Positions 1-11,527 of a DNA stretch of 64,000 nt are shown here, piece after piece. The translations under genes and the position numbers were made by a program. The first letter of the stretch is position 1. Every line of letters starts with the position of its first letter. The notes under the pieces are model-generated. The model did not search any database and had not been told where the DNA came from. It was given only the letters and a program-made list of their open reading frames with translations. Source of the DNA: Euprymna scolopes. Lineage: Eukaryota. The stretch is from assembly GCA_053919585.1 (NCBI GenBank), contig JBSSHM010000097.1; one strand, 5' to 3'.

Positions 1-976
1 TCTTCACATGGTATTGATCAAAATCGTATTATGGGTTTGGTATTTGATGTGGTATGCTTTACAAACTTGAGTCGGGAACATTTGGATTATCACAATAATA
101 TGGAGGAGTATTTTTTGTGTAAAGCACGTTTATTTAAAGATTATGTAGATAAGAATACTCATCATGTCATTAATGTGGGCAGATGGGTATGGTAGACGAT
201 TGTATGATGAGATAAAGAAAGATATCCACGTACATGGAGAAAATCTGCTATCCTATTACTATTGTTATGAAGGATACTCGCCATCAATGTACGCCGATTT
301 AACTTTATTAAGAGAGGGCGATCAACCATTAATGCTACAGTATCAGGGAAATTCATATCCCATTGCACCATCTTTGCTTGTTAATGATATTGAGTATCAA
401 AATATGCTTTGTGGATTGGCAATTTTATTAGCTCTAGGTCAGCCAGTTAGAAAAATTGTTGAGTATGGTAGTAATTTGCACTCTGTGATTGGTAGGATGC
501 AATATGTATCTTCCCTAGAGGATGATATTACGGTTATTGTTGATTATGCTCATACAGCTGATGCATTGAGTCATGTCTTGAATGCAATTTATAGGAGCAA
601 GAAAGCTAATGAAAATTTGATTTGTGTGTTTGGTTGTGGTGGTAATCGTGATCAAGGTAAGAGAAGAGAAATGGCAGAAGTTGCGTCAAATTTGTGTAAT
701 TATCTTTATATCACAGATGATAATCCAAGAAATGAAAATCCTGAGTGTATTCGTCAACAGATTATTGCAGGAATTAGTACACATAAAACTACCTATAAAG
801 AAATTGCTGATAGAGGGATGGCAATTGAACAAGCGGTTATCAATGCTAAGTCAGGAGATGTTGTACTGATCGCAGGTAAAGGGCATGAAAAATATCAACT
901 TGTGCAAGGTAATAAACTCCCTTTTGATGATGTTGAGCAAGTAAAAAATGCTTTGAAAAAAAGGCTATTAAGGTGA
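1..976 (+). CDS. murE: UDP-N-acetylmuramoyl-tripeptide synthetase MurE (5' truncated by window; apparent +1 frameshift near 177-179)
   Basis: Frame 1 from base 1 reads SSHGIDQNR...FTNLSREHLDYH...K.RLF. ORF 164..976 has DYAHT, FGCGGNRD, DNPR, AGKGHE. Removing one G of the GGG at 177-179 joins them (INVADGYG). Confidence 0.93.
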
Positions 977-2419
977 TTGAAAATGGGAGATAAGTCTATT
1001 TTTTCTTTGCCTTTGCAACGTGCAGTTGGAATTTTATTGAGTGATTCTCATCAATTGACTCATCATGTTAGTGGGGATTTTATTGGCGTAAAAATAGATA
1101 GTCGCTTGATTCAAGCAGGTGATGTTTTTATTGCGATAAAAGGTAAGCAGGTTGATGGACATGATTTTATTAATGAGGCAATTAGTCAAGGTGCAGTAGC
1201 AATCGTTGTGAGTGAGGATTTTGATGGGTGCAAAGGAGAGCATAAAGTACCATTGATTAACGTACCTTGCCCGCAACATGCTTTTGGGAAATTAGCCAAT
1301 TTATGGCGAACGGAACTTTTTAAAGGTAAGGTAATCGCTTTAACAGGAAGTAATGGTAAGACCACAATTAAAAATATGTTAAAAAGTGTGTTGCAAATCC
1401 GTTACAAAACTGGCTCAACAGAGGGAAATTACAACAATGAATTAGGCTTACCAATCACTATTTTTGATTTGCCTTTGAATTGTGATTATTGGATATTGGA
1501 AATGGGAGCAAGGCATATTGGAGATATTGATTACCTTTGTCGCATTGCTTTGCCCGATATTACTTTTGTTAGCAATATCGGTCATGCACACATCGGTGAG
1601 TTTGGTGGTCGTAAAAAGCAATTGCAGGCTAAGTCAGAAATTTTTTCATACGGTGAGGTTTCATTACTGGATAGAGACTCACCGCATGATGAACTATTTT
1701 CTTTAGGTTGTCAGCATAAAAAATTAGACAATATTATAACCATAGCAAGAAAAGGTATCCGTAATAATGAAGAAGATATAAATGTTAAGTGGGATTTTGT
1801 AGAAGGAGAGAGTATCTTTTACACCGCTTATGGACACTTCAGATTACAATTAAATTGTTTAGGTGAGCATAATACACATAATGCTGCTTGGGTGGTGGCA
1901 TTAGCTGATTATTGTGGGCTTAATAAGGAAGAAATTATTGCAGGATTAAGCCGTGTTCAGCCTCAGGATGGTCGCTTGCAGATGATTCCATGCAAAGATT
2001 TTACAATTGTTGATGATAGTTATAATGCCAGTCCAGAATCAGTGGAGGCACTGCTAAAAATTAAGCACTCATCAGATAGGGTAATTATGGTTTGGGGTGA
2101 TATGGCAGAATTGGGTGATAAGCAGGCAATGCAAGAATATCATCAATGTGTTGCTGAAAAGTTTATACACTATCGTATTGATTGGGTGATTACTTATGGT
2201 GACTATGCATACCAAACTTGTTTGCATGGACAGAGTATATCTGAATACACACAGTTTAAACATACAGAAAATTTTTTTGAGATCAAAGTGTTGATACAGA
2301 AAATTATTGAGCAGTGGCAAAGAGAAAATTTTGATGAGAATGCATCTATTTATGTGTATTTAAAGGCTTCAAATAAAATGGGGTTTGCTCAGCTTACTGA
2401 ATTATTAATTGAACAATGA
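977..2419 (+). CDS. murF: UDP-MurNAc-tripeptide:D-Ala-D-Ala ligase MurF
   Basis: IDSR, DGHDF, TGSNGKTT, NNELGLP, EMG, DDSYNASPES, GDMAELG motifs; follows murE. Confidence 0.95.
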   Translation: MKMGDKSIFSLPLQRAVGILLSDSHQLTHHVSGDFIGVKIDSRLIQAGDVFIAIKGKQVDGHDFINEAISQGAVAIVVSEDFDGCKGEHKVPLINVPCPQHAFGKLANLWRTELFKGKVIALTGSNGKTTIKNMLKSVLQIRYKTGSTEGNYNNELGLPITIFDLPLNCDYWILEMGARHIGDIDYLCRIALPDITFVSNIGHAHIGEFGGRKKQLQAKSEIFSYGEVSLLDRDSPHDELFSLGCQHKKLDNIITIARKGIRNNEEDINVKWDFVEGESIFYTAYGHFRLQLNCLGEHNTHNAAWVVALADYCGLNKEEIIAGLSRVQPQDGRLQMIPCKDFTIVDDSYNASPESVEALLKIKHSSDRVIMVWGDMAELGDKQAMQEYHQCVAEKFIHYRIDWVITYGDYAYQTCLHGQSISEYTQFKHTENFFEIKVLIQKIIEQWQRENFDENASIYVYLKASNKMGFAQLTELLIEQ

Positions 2420-2431
2420 TTTTATAAAATT

Positions 2432-3514
2432 ATGCTTTATCAACTGACTCAATGGATAGCTGAATATAACAGTGATTTTTCAGTGTTTCAGTATCTCACG
2501 CTAAGAGCTATTTTAGCCACGATTAGTGCCTTAATTATTTCTTTTATTTTAGGTCCATGGACGATACGAAAATTATCGTATTTACGTTTCAATCAATCTA
2601 TTCGTGATGATGGTCCAAAAACTCATCTTGAGAAACACGGCACGCCAACAATGGGTGGTGTGTTAATTATTAGCTCCATTACTTTATCTTCATTAATGTG
2701 GACAAATTTATCCAATATCTACTATTGGATTGCCCTTGGGGTTACAGTGGGATTTGCTGTCGTTGGTTTTATAGATGATTGGTTGAAAATTAAACATAAT
2801 AATTCAAAAGGGATATCAGCTGCACAAAAATACATCTCTTTATCAGTTATTGCACTGACTGCCGCATGTGTACTTTATTTTCTTGCTGATATACCGGAGA
2901 AAACTAATTTATTAATTCCTTATACTAAAGATATTATCATTCCTATTGGAATAGTGTTTATCCCTTTGGCATATTTTGTGATGTTAGGAGCAAGTAATGG
3001 AGTGAACTTAACGGATGGTTTAGATGGACTGGCTATTCTACCAACCGTCATGATTGCGAGTGCATTAGCTGTTTTTGCTTATGTTAGTGGACATTTTCAT
3101 TTTTCAGGATACTTGTTACTTCCATTTATTCAAGGCAATGGAGAGTTGGTTATTTTTTGTAGTGCTATTATTGGTGCAGGTTTAGGATTTTTATGGTTTA
3201 ATGCCTATCCTGCTCAAATGTTTATGGGGGATGTTGGTGCATTAGGACTCGGAGGTGCTTTAGGTATTGTTGCGGTGATTGTGCGTCAAGAATTGGTATT
3301 TTTTATTATGGCAGGTATATTTGTCATTGAGACACTTTCTGTCATGTTGCAAGTAGGGAGTTATAAACTACGTGGTAAGCGGCTTTTTCTGATGGCGCCA
3401 ATACATCACCATTTTGAATTGAAGGGATGGGCTGAGCCAAAAATTATTGTGCGTTTTTGGATTATTACGTTAATTCTTGTATTAATTGGTTTAGCAAGCT
3501 TGAAAATTCGATGA
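2432..3514 (+). CDS. mraY: phospho-MurNAc-pentapeptide transferase MraY
   Basis: [34 protein letters not shown]; 360 aa polytopic membrane protein. Confidence 0.97.
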   Translation: MLYQLTQWIAEYNSDFSVFQYLTLRAILATISALIISFILGPWTIRKLSYLRFNQSIRDDGPKTHLEKHGTPTMGGVLIISSITLSSLMWTNLSNIYYWIALGVTVGFAVVGFIDDWLKIKHNNSKGISAAQKYISLSVIALTAACVLYFLADIPEKTNLLIPYTKDIIIPIGIVFIPLAYFVMLGASNGVNLTDGLDGLAILPTVMIASALAVFAYVSGHFHFSGYLLLPFIQGNGELVIFCSAIIGAGLGFLWFNAYPAQMFMGDVGALGLGGALGIVAVIVRQELVFFIMAGIFVIETLSVMLQVGSYKLRGKRLFLMAPIHHHFELKGWAEPKIIVRFWIITLILVLIGLASLKIR

Positions 3515-3520
3515 AAATTC

Positions 3521-4660
3521 ATGGGAATAGAATGGGTTAGGAAAATACAAAATTTACTGAAAGATGGGTTGGTGCTTGTTTTGGTGACAGTGGTAAAAAC
3601 CAGAGGTTCTACACCTTGTGGCAGTGGCAGTAAGCTTCTTTCTTTTTATGAGACGGAAAACAGTCAATATCCCACTTTGTGGGGCAGTATTGGTGGGGGG
3701 ATGATTGAATACGAAGTTTGCCAGTATGCAAAGAAGATGCTGGAGAAATTTCGTTATCAGAGCATCGCCTATCATTTACATCAACACACGTATCATGTTC
3801 ATGCTGAAAGTGGACAATGTTGTGGTGGAGAGGTGGTAATAAGCTTTGAATTTATTACAGCAAAATATCCTCATAGGGAATGGATAGATAATCTTATTGC
3901 TTGTTACCATCAACAACAGGATGTTTATATTTTTAGCATCCGTATAGGGAATGAAAATACGTTTAAACAGGCATGTAGCGAGCGTATGCTGGCATCATTA
4001 CAATCACAAGTTAGTGAATTGCTTGATAGTAGTAATAGTGAAAAGGGTTTTATCCAACAAGTTAGTAAAAAAATCAAGGCTATTAAAGGGAAGCATCATC
4101 AAGGATTTTGTTTACATGATGCTAACAAAGACATGGTGATTGCTGTTGAGAAAATTTCTTATAGTCAGATTCAGTCAGTGTGTTTATTTGGTTCTGGGCA
4201 TATTGCTCGGGCATTAGTGCCGATTATTTCATCTTTACCTATCAAGGTGTATTGGGTAGATGATCGAGCGAGTGAATTTGAATTATTTTCACATAATCAT
4301 GCCTATTATTCAGCAGATAATGTGCATATTTTATGTCAAGATTTTTTATCGCTAGATATTCCTAAAAATGCATATTGTTTGGTGATTACCTATAGTCATA
4401 AAAAGGATTATGAGATATGTAAGCACATATTATCAACTTCTCAACCTAGTTATTTAGGATTAATTGGTTCTCGGACTAAAGCCAAACGCTTTTATAAATT
4501 CTTACAAGAGGAAAGTGTTGTTAATGAGAATGCTATTGAACAATTACAGTGTCCGATAGGGGAAAAATATCAAACACAAAAATCACCTGTTGCTATTGCA
4601 ATTTCTATTGCTAGTCATTTACTAAAAAAAATAGATGACAACATCGCTTCTTCAACTTAA
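3521..4660 (+). CDS. xdhC: xanthine dehydrogenase accessory protein XdhC
   Basis: GSTP, GSIGGG.IE, GQCCGG, FGSGHIA, TYSH..D, YLGLIGS.TK, CPIG motifs. Confidence 0.88.
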   Translation: MGIEWVRKIQNLLKDGLVLVLVTVVKTRGSTPCGSGSKLLSFYETENSQYPTLWGSIGGGMIEYEVCQYAKKMLEKFRYQSIAYHLHQHTYHVHAESGQCCGGEVVISFEFITAKYPHREWIDNLIACYHQQQDVYIFSIRIGNENTFKQACSERMLASLQSQVSELLDSSNSEKGFIQQVSKKIKAIKGKHHQGFCLHDANKDMVIAVEKISYSQIQSVCLFGSGHIARALVPIISSLPIKVYWVDDRASEFELFSHNHAYYSADNVHILCQDFLSLDIPKNAYCLVITYSHKKDYEICKHILSTSQPSYLGLIGSRTKAKRFYKFLQEESVVNENAIEQLQCPIGEKYQTQKSPVAIAISIASHLLKKIDDNIASST

Positions 4661-6179
4661 TTGTATTACTAAGTCTTACGGTAACCTTGTCGCTAACAGT
4701 GAGATTAGCTTAAATATTTATGCCGGGAGCATCCATGCCCTGCTTGGTGAAAATGGGGCAGGAAAAAGCACATTAGTTAATATTATTTATGGTTTAGTTA
4801 TTCCAGATAGTGGTGAGATATGGTGGGAGGGTCAACAGGTAGGTATACATTCACCTGTGAAGGCACGAGAGCTTGGTATTGGTATTGTTTTTCAGCATTT
4901 TGCATTATTTTCAGCACTGACGATTTTGGAAAACATTGCACTGGGTATTGACTATAGGGGGAGTATGGGTTCTTTAGAGAAATTGGTGCAAGAAATTATT
5001 GTTGGATATAAGTTAGAGGTAGTGGATTTACATCAGAGAGTTAGTGAGCTTTCTGTTGGAGAAAAGCAACGAGTTGAGATTATTCGTTGTTTGATGCAGC
5101 AACCTAAATTATTAATTTTGGATGAGCCAACTTCGGTATTGACGCCAAGAGAAGTTGCACAATTATTTGAGACTTTGGAAATACTTAAGAATCAGGGTTG
5201 TGCAATCATCGTGATTGGACATAAGTTAGATGAAATTAAAGCAGTATGTGAAACAGCAACCATTATTCGCAAAGGTAAGTGGATTGCAGAGTGTTGCTTA
5301 AAGGAGACGAATACAAATGAGTTGGCAGAAATGATGATAGGTAATCGCATTGCCGAGATTAGAGAGAAAAAGAGAGATGGTAGGAAAAATGTGGTGTTGC
5401 AATTTAATTATCATGGGGCAGTGGATTTCTCAAAAAAAGAAAAAAAAGGCCTTAATTATTCTCACCAATTACAGCTTAAAAGTGGAATGATTACCGGCTT
5501 AGTTGGTATTGCTGGTAATGGGCAAGATCAATTAATGAGTTATTTATCAGGGGAGGTGACTGGTGAAAAAGAGAGTATTCAATATTGGAATGGGCAAAAA
5601 AAATCTGCTTCATCAAGTCAAGCCTATCAAGGGGATTTTATTGGTGAATTAGGTATTATTGAGCGTAAGAAACAAGGGATTGTTTTTGTTCCTACAGAGC
5701 GTTTAGGTCGTTCAGCTGTGATGCAAATGAATTTGATGGAAAATGCTTTTTTTGGTGTTTCTGATGCTAAGAAATATTGTCATTATGGTTTAATGGATGA
5801 GCAGAAAATCAGTGAATTAAGCGAGAACATTGTTGAGCAATATAATGTGCATCCATCTAATAAAGAGGGGTCGATAAGTCATTTGTCAGGTGGTAATTTA
5901 CAAAAATATATTGTTGGGAGGGCAATGCTTCAAGATCCTAAAGTATTACTCATCTCTAATCCAACATGGGGAGTGGATATAAGCTCTGCAACGTTTATTC
6001 GTAATCGTTTGATTCAACTTCGTGATAGTGGTGCGGCAATTTTAATTGCCTCAGAAGATTTGGATGAGATATTTGCCGTGTGTGATGAAATGGTAGTGAT
6101 TAAAAAAAACCAGTTAAGTGATGTGCAACCTATTGAAAATGTAAGTATCAAGCAGATTGCTATGATGATGGTGTCATAA
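4635..6179 (+). CDS. sugar/nucleoside (probably purine) ABC transporter ATP-binding protein, two ABC domains
   Basis: GENGAGKS, LSVGEKQRVEI, LILDEPT, LSGGNLQK, PTWGVD; overlaps xdhC. Confidence 0.88.
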   Translation: MTTSLLQLNCITKSYGNLVANSEISLNIYAGSIHALLGENGAGKSTLVNIIYGLVIPDSGEIWWEGQQVGIHSPVKARELGIGIVFQHFALFSALTILENIALGIDYRGSMGSLEKLVQEIIVGYKLEVVDLHQRVSELSVGEKQRVEIIRCLMQQPKLLILDEPTSVLTPREVAQLFETLEILKNQGCAIIVIGHKLDEIKAVCETATIIRKGKWIAECCLKETNTNELAEMMIGNRIAEIREKKRDGRKNVVLQFNYHGAVDFSKKEKKGLNYSHQLQLKSGMITGLVGIAGNGQDQLMSYLSGEVTGEKESIQYWNGQKKSASSSQAYQGDFIGELGIIERKKQGIVFVPTERLGRSAVMQMNLMENAFFGVSDAKKYCHYGLMDEQKISELSENIVEQYNVHPSNKEGSISHLSGGNLQKYIVGRAMLQDPKVLLISNPTWGVDISSATFIRNRLIQLRDSGAAILIASEDLDEIFAVCDEMVVIKKNQLSDVQPIENVSIKQIAMMMVS

Positions 6180-6196
6180 TGAGTGATTGATAGAGA

Positions 6197-8335
6197 TTAT
6201 ACCTTACCCAGTTCACTGTTGGTAAAATTCCAACGCTCTAAAAGTTCCTTCTCAAGTTCGTGATTGTTGCTAGTATGAATGTAGTCACTAAGTTGATTGA
6301 TGATTGGAATGAGATGTTGGTCACGAATCATATTGGCAATTTTGAAATGCACAGAACCTGATTGACGATATCCAATTAACTCTCCAGCTCCTCGCATTTG
6401 TAAATCTTTTTCAGCTAAATAAAAACCATCATTGCTATTTTTTAGTGCATTTAAACGTGCCATTCCTTGCTCACCTAGTGGAGGTTGGTAGAGATAGATA
6501 CATTGGCTGGCAACGTTCCCACGCCCAACTCTGCCACGTAATTGATGTAATTGTGCTAGCCCCATACGTTCTGCATTTTCAATGACAATAATGCTGGCAT
6601 TTGGTACATCAACTCCTACTTCAATTACCGTTGTAGCAACAAGCAATTGAATATTACCTAATCGAAACTGTTCCATGATACTATTCTTCTCATCTTCTTT
6701 GAGTTTGCCGTGTATTAATCCAATACTAAGGTGTGGCAGTTGTAGTAGTAGTTGCTCGTAGCGTTGAATAGCCGATTGCACATTAAGTATTTCAGATTCT
6801 TCAATAAATGGGCATACCCAATAAGCTTGTTTATTTTCTTTAGTGCATTGTTCGCCTAATTTTTTTGCCAGTTCAGGTGCTTGAGTATTGCTCATCACAT
6901 AGGTGGTAATTTTTTGTCTACCTTTTGGCATTTCATCTAGGGTGGATTGAGCTAGATCTCCATATAAGCTCATGGAGAGTGTTCGTGGAATAGGTGTTGC
7001 ACTAATTAATAGTTGGTGAGCAATGGTGTTATTGTTTTGGCTTTTTCTCAGTAAGTCAAAGCGTTGTTGTACGCCAAATCGATGTTGCTCATCAATGATA
7101 ATAAGTGCCAAATTGTTGATATTGACTTTTTCTTGGAATAAAGCATGCGTTCCCACTGTTATGCTAGGTTCTTCACTGGTTAATTGTTTGTGTATTTCAC
7201 GGCGTTTTTTGGCGGTTTGCTTACCACATAGAAAGTTAATTTGAACGCCTAAAGGGGTGAGTAATTTTTGTAAAGTATGATAATGTTGTTGAGCAAGAAG
7301 TTCAGTGGGGACCATTAGCATGATTTTATAGCCTTGTTCTATAACATTTAGCATCACGAATATAGCAACTAGTGTTTTTCCACTGCCAACATCTCCTTGT
7401 AATAAATGCATTATTGGTTGTGTGCTTTGCATAGCGTTTGCAATTTCTTTATAGCATTGGTATTGTGCGTGAGTAGGTTGGAAGCTGAGGCTATCAAGAA
7501 GTTGTTTTTGCTTGCTATTTTCATTAGATTGAGTAATAGAAATGGATTGGTATTGCTGCACAGAATATTGCAGTTTTTTTAATCCCAAGCGGTGTGCGGT
7601 GAGTTCTTCTAAACTGAGGCGTTGAAAATGTATGGTACTGCCTTGTTCTAATTGTTCAATTGGGGTATCAAGTTCGGGGCGGTGAATGGAGTAAAGAGCT
7701 TGTTTGCTAGTAATTGTTTTCAGTGTTGCAAGGTTACTAAGTTGTATTTGTTGTAGGATAGATTGAAAATTATCTTGCTGATAGGCTTCTCTATCAAGCT
7801 GATTTAAGATGGGATTAATAGCATTGCGAATGCGAAATTGTGGTAATCCTTCAGATGAAGGGTAGGTGGCAATGAGGTAATTGGGTAGTGATGTGTGATT
7901 ATTGGTAATAAATTCAATCTCTGGATGAATCATTTCAAAGCATTCAAGACCAGCTTTGATAGTACCAAAGCAACGTAGGATTTGCCCACGTTGAAAGTTT
8001 TTTGCTTGCTTAATACTAAAATGGAAAAACTTAAGATGTAAGGTGTAATTAGTGTTGTTATTTTCTCGTATGCGTATACGTAAAATATTGCGTTTTTTTC
8101 CTTCAAAACTAACGGCATAAATTATTCCTTGACATAAGCATTTTATTTCTGCTTGAAGGGTAGAAAAAGGCATGATTTGTGAGCGATTTTCATAACTACG
8201 AGGAAAATGAGTCAGTAAATCCCATGCATGATGAATACCCAGTTTATGAAACTTTTTTGCCACTGCTACCCCAACCCCATAGCATGATTCAATGGGAATA
8301 GTAGAGAAAGTATTGGCTATATGCATAGACATCAC
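6197..8335 (-). CDS. recG: ATP-dependent DNA helicase RecG
   Basis: LQGDVGSGKT, IIDEQHRFGV.QR, SATPIPRTL, TTVIEVGVDVPNA, QLHQLRGRVGRG. Confidence 0.97.
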   Translation of the reverse strand: MMSMHIANTFSTIPIESCYGVGVAVAKKFHKLGIHHAWDLLTHFPRSYENRSQIMPFSTLQAEIKCLCQGIIYAVSFEGKKRNILRIRIRENNNTNYTLHLKFFHFSIKQAKNFQRGQILRCFGTIKAGLECFEMIHPEIEFITNNHTSLPNYLIATYPSSEGLPQFRIRNAINPILNQLDREAYQQDNFQSILQQIQLSNLATLKTITSKQALYSIHRPELDTPIEQLEQGSTIHFQRLSLEELTAHRLGLKKLQYSVQQYQSISITQSNENSKQKQLLDSLSFQPTHAQYQCYKEIANAMQSTQPIMHLLQGDVGSGKTLVAIFVMLNVIEQGYKIMLMVPTELLAQQHYHTLQKLLTPLGVQINFLCGKQTAKKRREIHKQLTSEEPSITVGTHALFQEKVNINNLALIIIDEQHRFGVQQRFDLLRKSQNNNTIAHQLLISATPIPRTLSMSLYGDLAQSTLDEMPKGRQKITTYVMSNTQAPELAKKLGEQCTKENKQAYWVCPFIEESEILNVQSAIQRYEQLLLQLPHLSIGLIHGKLKEDEKNSIMEQFRLGNIQLLVATTVIEVGVDVPNASIIVIENAERMGLAQLHQLRGRVGRGNVASQCIYLYQPPLGEQGMARLNALKNSNDGFYLAEKDLQMRGAGELIGYRQSGSVHFKIANMIRDQHLIPIINQLSDYIHTSNNHELEKELLERWNFTNSELGKV

Positions 8336-8338
8336 TCG

Positions 8339-9721
8339 TTATTTTTTTACTTCATGGCTCTCAAATTCTTTGACATTGTGGTGAAATACTTGTTCATTAA
8401 AATTATTTAGATCAGTTTTTAAATACAAAACTCCACTATTTTGTTGGTACACAACTTCAAGCACGCCTGGTTGATTTTTGCACCATTGTTCAATTTTGTT
8501 AATTGGGTGATGGGGGTTAATAGTGAATATTTGTGGACGCTTTTGCATATCAACTGGAATCCATAGAAAGAGATTAAAGCTTATCACCACAAGTATGATA
8601 GCCAAGTATAGTAAGCCATGTATACCAAAGTAGTTGAGGATTATTCCACCTAATGTTCCGCCAATAAATGCTCCAAAAAATTGATGTGATGAAAATATAC
8701 CTAATGCCATTCCCCGATATTGTACTGGAGCAATACGGCTAACAGATGAGGGTAATAGTGCCTCTAATACATTGAAGCTGGCAAAGAATAAAATTAATGC
8801 AACAATTAAATAGGTAAAAGAGTTGTATTGAAAAAATATGATAAATGCAAGAGAGAGAAGGGTTAAAGATATTAGGAGTGAGTAGCGTATTTTTTGTTTT
8901 TTTTCTGTATAAATAATCATTGGTATGGCAATGATAAGAGAGGTTAACATAGTGAGCAAATAAATTTGCCAATGGGAAGATAAATTTAATCCATGTTGAA
9001 TAAGTAGTGTAGGGATAAAGAGGAAAATGATGGTTATGCATGCATGAATACTTAGTACGGTGAAATTCAAACTCCATAATGATTGAATACGCCATACCGA
9101 TTGCATAGCAGAAAAGGAGAGTTGATACTCAATGGCTTGATGGTTGGAATGTTGTTTATCTTTAATGGTGAGCAGTAGCAAAAAGCCGAAACATCCCAAT
9201 ATTGCTGTGCCATAAAAAATACCTTGTAAACCAATCCATTGATGTAGAATAGGCCCCAGTATTAGTGATAAGATAAAGGATAAGCCGATACTCATGCCTA
9301 CGGATGCCATGGCACGAATACGAACGGTGGCTTTGGTCAAATCAGCAAGATAAGCAAGTAACACAGAGGCAATGGCTCCACAGCCTTGTAGGGCTCTGCC
9401 AATAATTAGTTGCCACATACTCTCTGCAGTGGCTGCAAGCAAGCTACCGATAATAAAAAATAGCAAACCGATGATGATGATTTTTTTTCTACCGTATTTA
9501 TCTGAGAGTAGTCCAAAAGGTATTTGTAGGCTTGCTTGCGTGAGTCCGTATATTCCTAAAGCGATGCCAATAAGCATAGGCGTGGTAGAGAAATTAAGGG
9601 AAACATCAACGGTAAGAATAGGAAAAATCATAAATAATCCCAACATCCGAAAGCCAAAGAGCAGAGCGATGCGAACAGTATTGCTAAGTTCGTTATCAGT
9701 GAAGGATTTTTTTGAGGACAT
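8339..9721 (-). CDS. MFS transporter, YajR-like (start probably MSSKK at 9721; ORF track extends to 9793)
   Basis: RMLGLFM, GIYGLTQA.LQIPFG.LSDKYGRK, GRALQG.GAI; short soluble C-terminal domain. Confidence 0.85.
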   Translation of the reverse strand: MSSKKSFTDNELSNTVRIALLFGFRMLGLFMIFPILTVDVSLNFSTTPMLIGIALGIYGLTQASLQIPFGLLSDKYGRKKIIIIGLLFFIIGSLLAATAESMWQLIIGRALQGCGAIASVLLAYLADLTKATVRIRAMASVGMSIGLSFILSLILGPILHQWIGLQGIFYGTAILGCFGFLLLLTIKDKQHSNHQAIEYQLSFSAMQSVWRIQSLWSLNFTVLSIHACITIIFLFIPTLLIQHGLNLSSHWQIYLLTMLTSLIIAIPMIIYTEKKQKIRYSLLISLTLLSLAFIIFFQYNSFTYLIVALILFFASFNVLEALLPSSVSRIAPVQYRGMALGIFSSHQFFGAFIGGTLGGIILNYFGIHGLLYLAIILVVISFNLFLWIPVDMQKRPQIFTINPHHPINKIEQWCKNQPGVLEVVYQQNSGVLYLKTDLNNFNEQVFHHNVKEFESHEVKK

Positions 9722-9743
9722 AAAGAGGTTTGTGGATAAATAT

Positions 9744-10941
9744 TTATTTAAAAGCTGTGCGTTGTAGACGGATGAGTTTGCCATTTTCATCATCAGTTAA
9801 TACAAACAAGTTTCCTTGATGTTGATAAACTGCACGGATGCGACCTAATTTTCCTTTTAGTAGGCGTTCTTCTTGAACAACCTTAAAATCATCTTTCTCT
9901 TTTTTCAGAACCACTCGTACTAATTCAGCAAATTTTAGTGAACCAATGAAAAAATCCCCATCCCATTTAGGAAATTCTTTACCCGAATAACGTATTAATC
10001 CGGAGGGAGCAATTGAAGGTTTCCAATAATGAACGGGTTGTTCCATGCCAGCTTTATGCGTGATATTGCTTACGGGAAAATTACTCCAATATTCATTTCC
10101 ATAACTGATAACTGGCCAACCATAGTTTTTTCCTTTTTCTATTAAATTGAGTTCATCTCCACCACGTGGTCCATGTTCGTGTAACCATAATTTTTTAGTT
10201 TTTTTTATCAAACCATAAGCCTTGTGCGTTACGGTGTCCATATGAATACACAGCACTATTTTGAGGGAAAGGATTGTTTTTAGGAATTTCACCATTACTA
10301 TGTAGACGGATGATTGAGCCATGATCTTGTTTGATATTTTGCGATAAGTCTCGATTGCCTCGGTCACCAACGGTGAAGTAGACATTATTTTTATCATCAA
10401 AAGCAATGCGTGAACCAAAATGGATTGCTTTGGAGCTCCATGCATTGGTTGTGAAAAGCACTTGCCAGTGATGCATTTCTAGGTTGACAAGTTTAAAACG
10501 AGCCAGTTCTGTAGTCGCACCTTTTGCAGTATGTCTGGAATAGGTTAAATAAATCCAGCCATTTTTTTGATATTCAGGATGTTTTTTGATATCTAGCAAA
10601 CCACCTTGACCATGTTGAAATATTTTTGTCGGTATGTGTATGCGTTTAATGAGGCGATAGGATTCCTTAGCATTTTTTTGATACAACACCAAAGCGCCAT
10701 TGCGTTCACTTATGATGAGCATTGATGGAGTTTCTTCATGATTATTTGTATTCTTTTCTAACCACTCTGCTGCCCATGGGTGATTGAGGTTATGTATGAT
10801 GGTTTGTGCGGAAAAAGTGTAGTCTTTTGAGATGAAAGTTGTACTTGTATAGGCTTGTCCCAACCAAGGGATGAGGATAATGCTTAAAATAACAATAATA
10901 TTGAGAAGAATAGCCTTGTTAAGATAATTGATGCGTGACAT
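9744..10941 (-). CDS. PQQ-dependent sugar (glucose/sorbosone) dehydrogenase, split by a frameshift in the T8 run at 10199-10206
   Basis: N-part: HPW, GQGGLLD, HFGSRI, GDRG, YSYGHRNAQG. C-part: HEHGPRGGDELN, NYGWP, SIAPSG, GRIR. Removing one base of the run joins them (FDKKTKKLW). Confidence 0.88.
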
Positions 10942-11011
10942 CTATTTTTTTGTTAATATTTAAGTTACTTAATTAGTGTTGCCATGAAACGATGATTTTG
11001 TTTCAAGAGTT

Positions 11012-11527
11012 TTATTTTTTTACTATGATGATAGGATGTTTTTTCGTATCCAAACTTGGGTGTGAAAGCCCTCTATCTAGGCTGTGAATATACATGCTAT
11101 TGGCATATTGATTGTCTGGTGTTGAACTCCAAACGTAAGCATCTTTTGGCATATCGAATATTGCTTGATTGATGGCAGGTCGGCAACGGAAGTGAATGAG
11201 GAAATTAAGCTCTTTTTTTGTGGGTAATCGCCATTTTGGATGCTCTTTGATATAGTCTTTTGCTTGCTGATAAGTTAATTGTTGTATATTACCAACGCAA
11301 CGATTAGTTGTGCTTGACCAGTTTTGTCCCACCAAACATCTTTTCCATGAGAGTTTGGAAAGTCTATCGGTGATAATAGTAGATTCAGTGATGGCAAATC
11401 GGCGATTATCCCATGCGTTTAATTGTTTAAAAAACCAATCACATTGTTGGGCAATAGAAACTGTACTGCTGAGCAACAAGATGATGGCTACGAGAGTTTT
11501 TGTGGGTAGTTTGAGATTATTAAACAT
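11012..11527 (-). CDS. secreted DUF1566 (Lcl C-terminal-like) domain protein
   Basis: Signal peptide; D..S.L.WKRC..GQ.W, WRLPT..EL, WSSTP motifs. Confidence 0.8.
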   Translation of the reverse strand: MFNNLKLPTKTLVAIILLLSSTVSIAQQCDWFFKQLNAWDNRRFAITESTIITDRLSKLSWKRCLVGQNWSSTTNRCVGNIQQLTYQQAKDYIKEHPKWRLPTKKELNFLIHFRCRPAINQAIFDMPKDAYVWSSTPDNQYANSMYIHSLDRGLSHPSLDTKKHPIIIVKK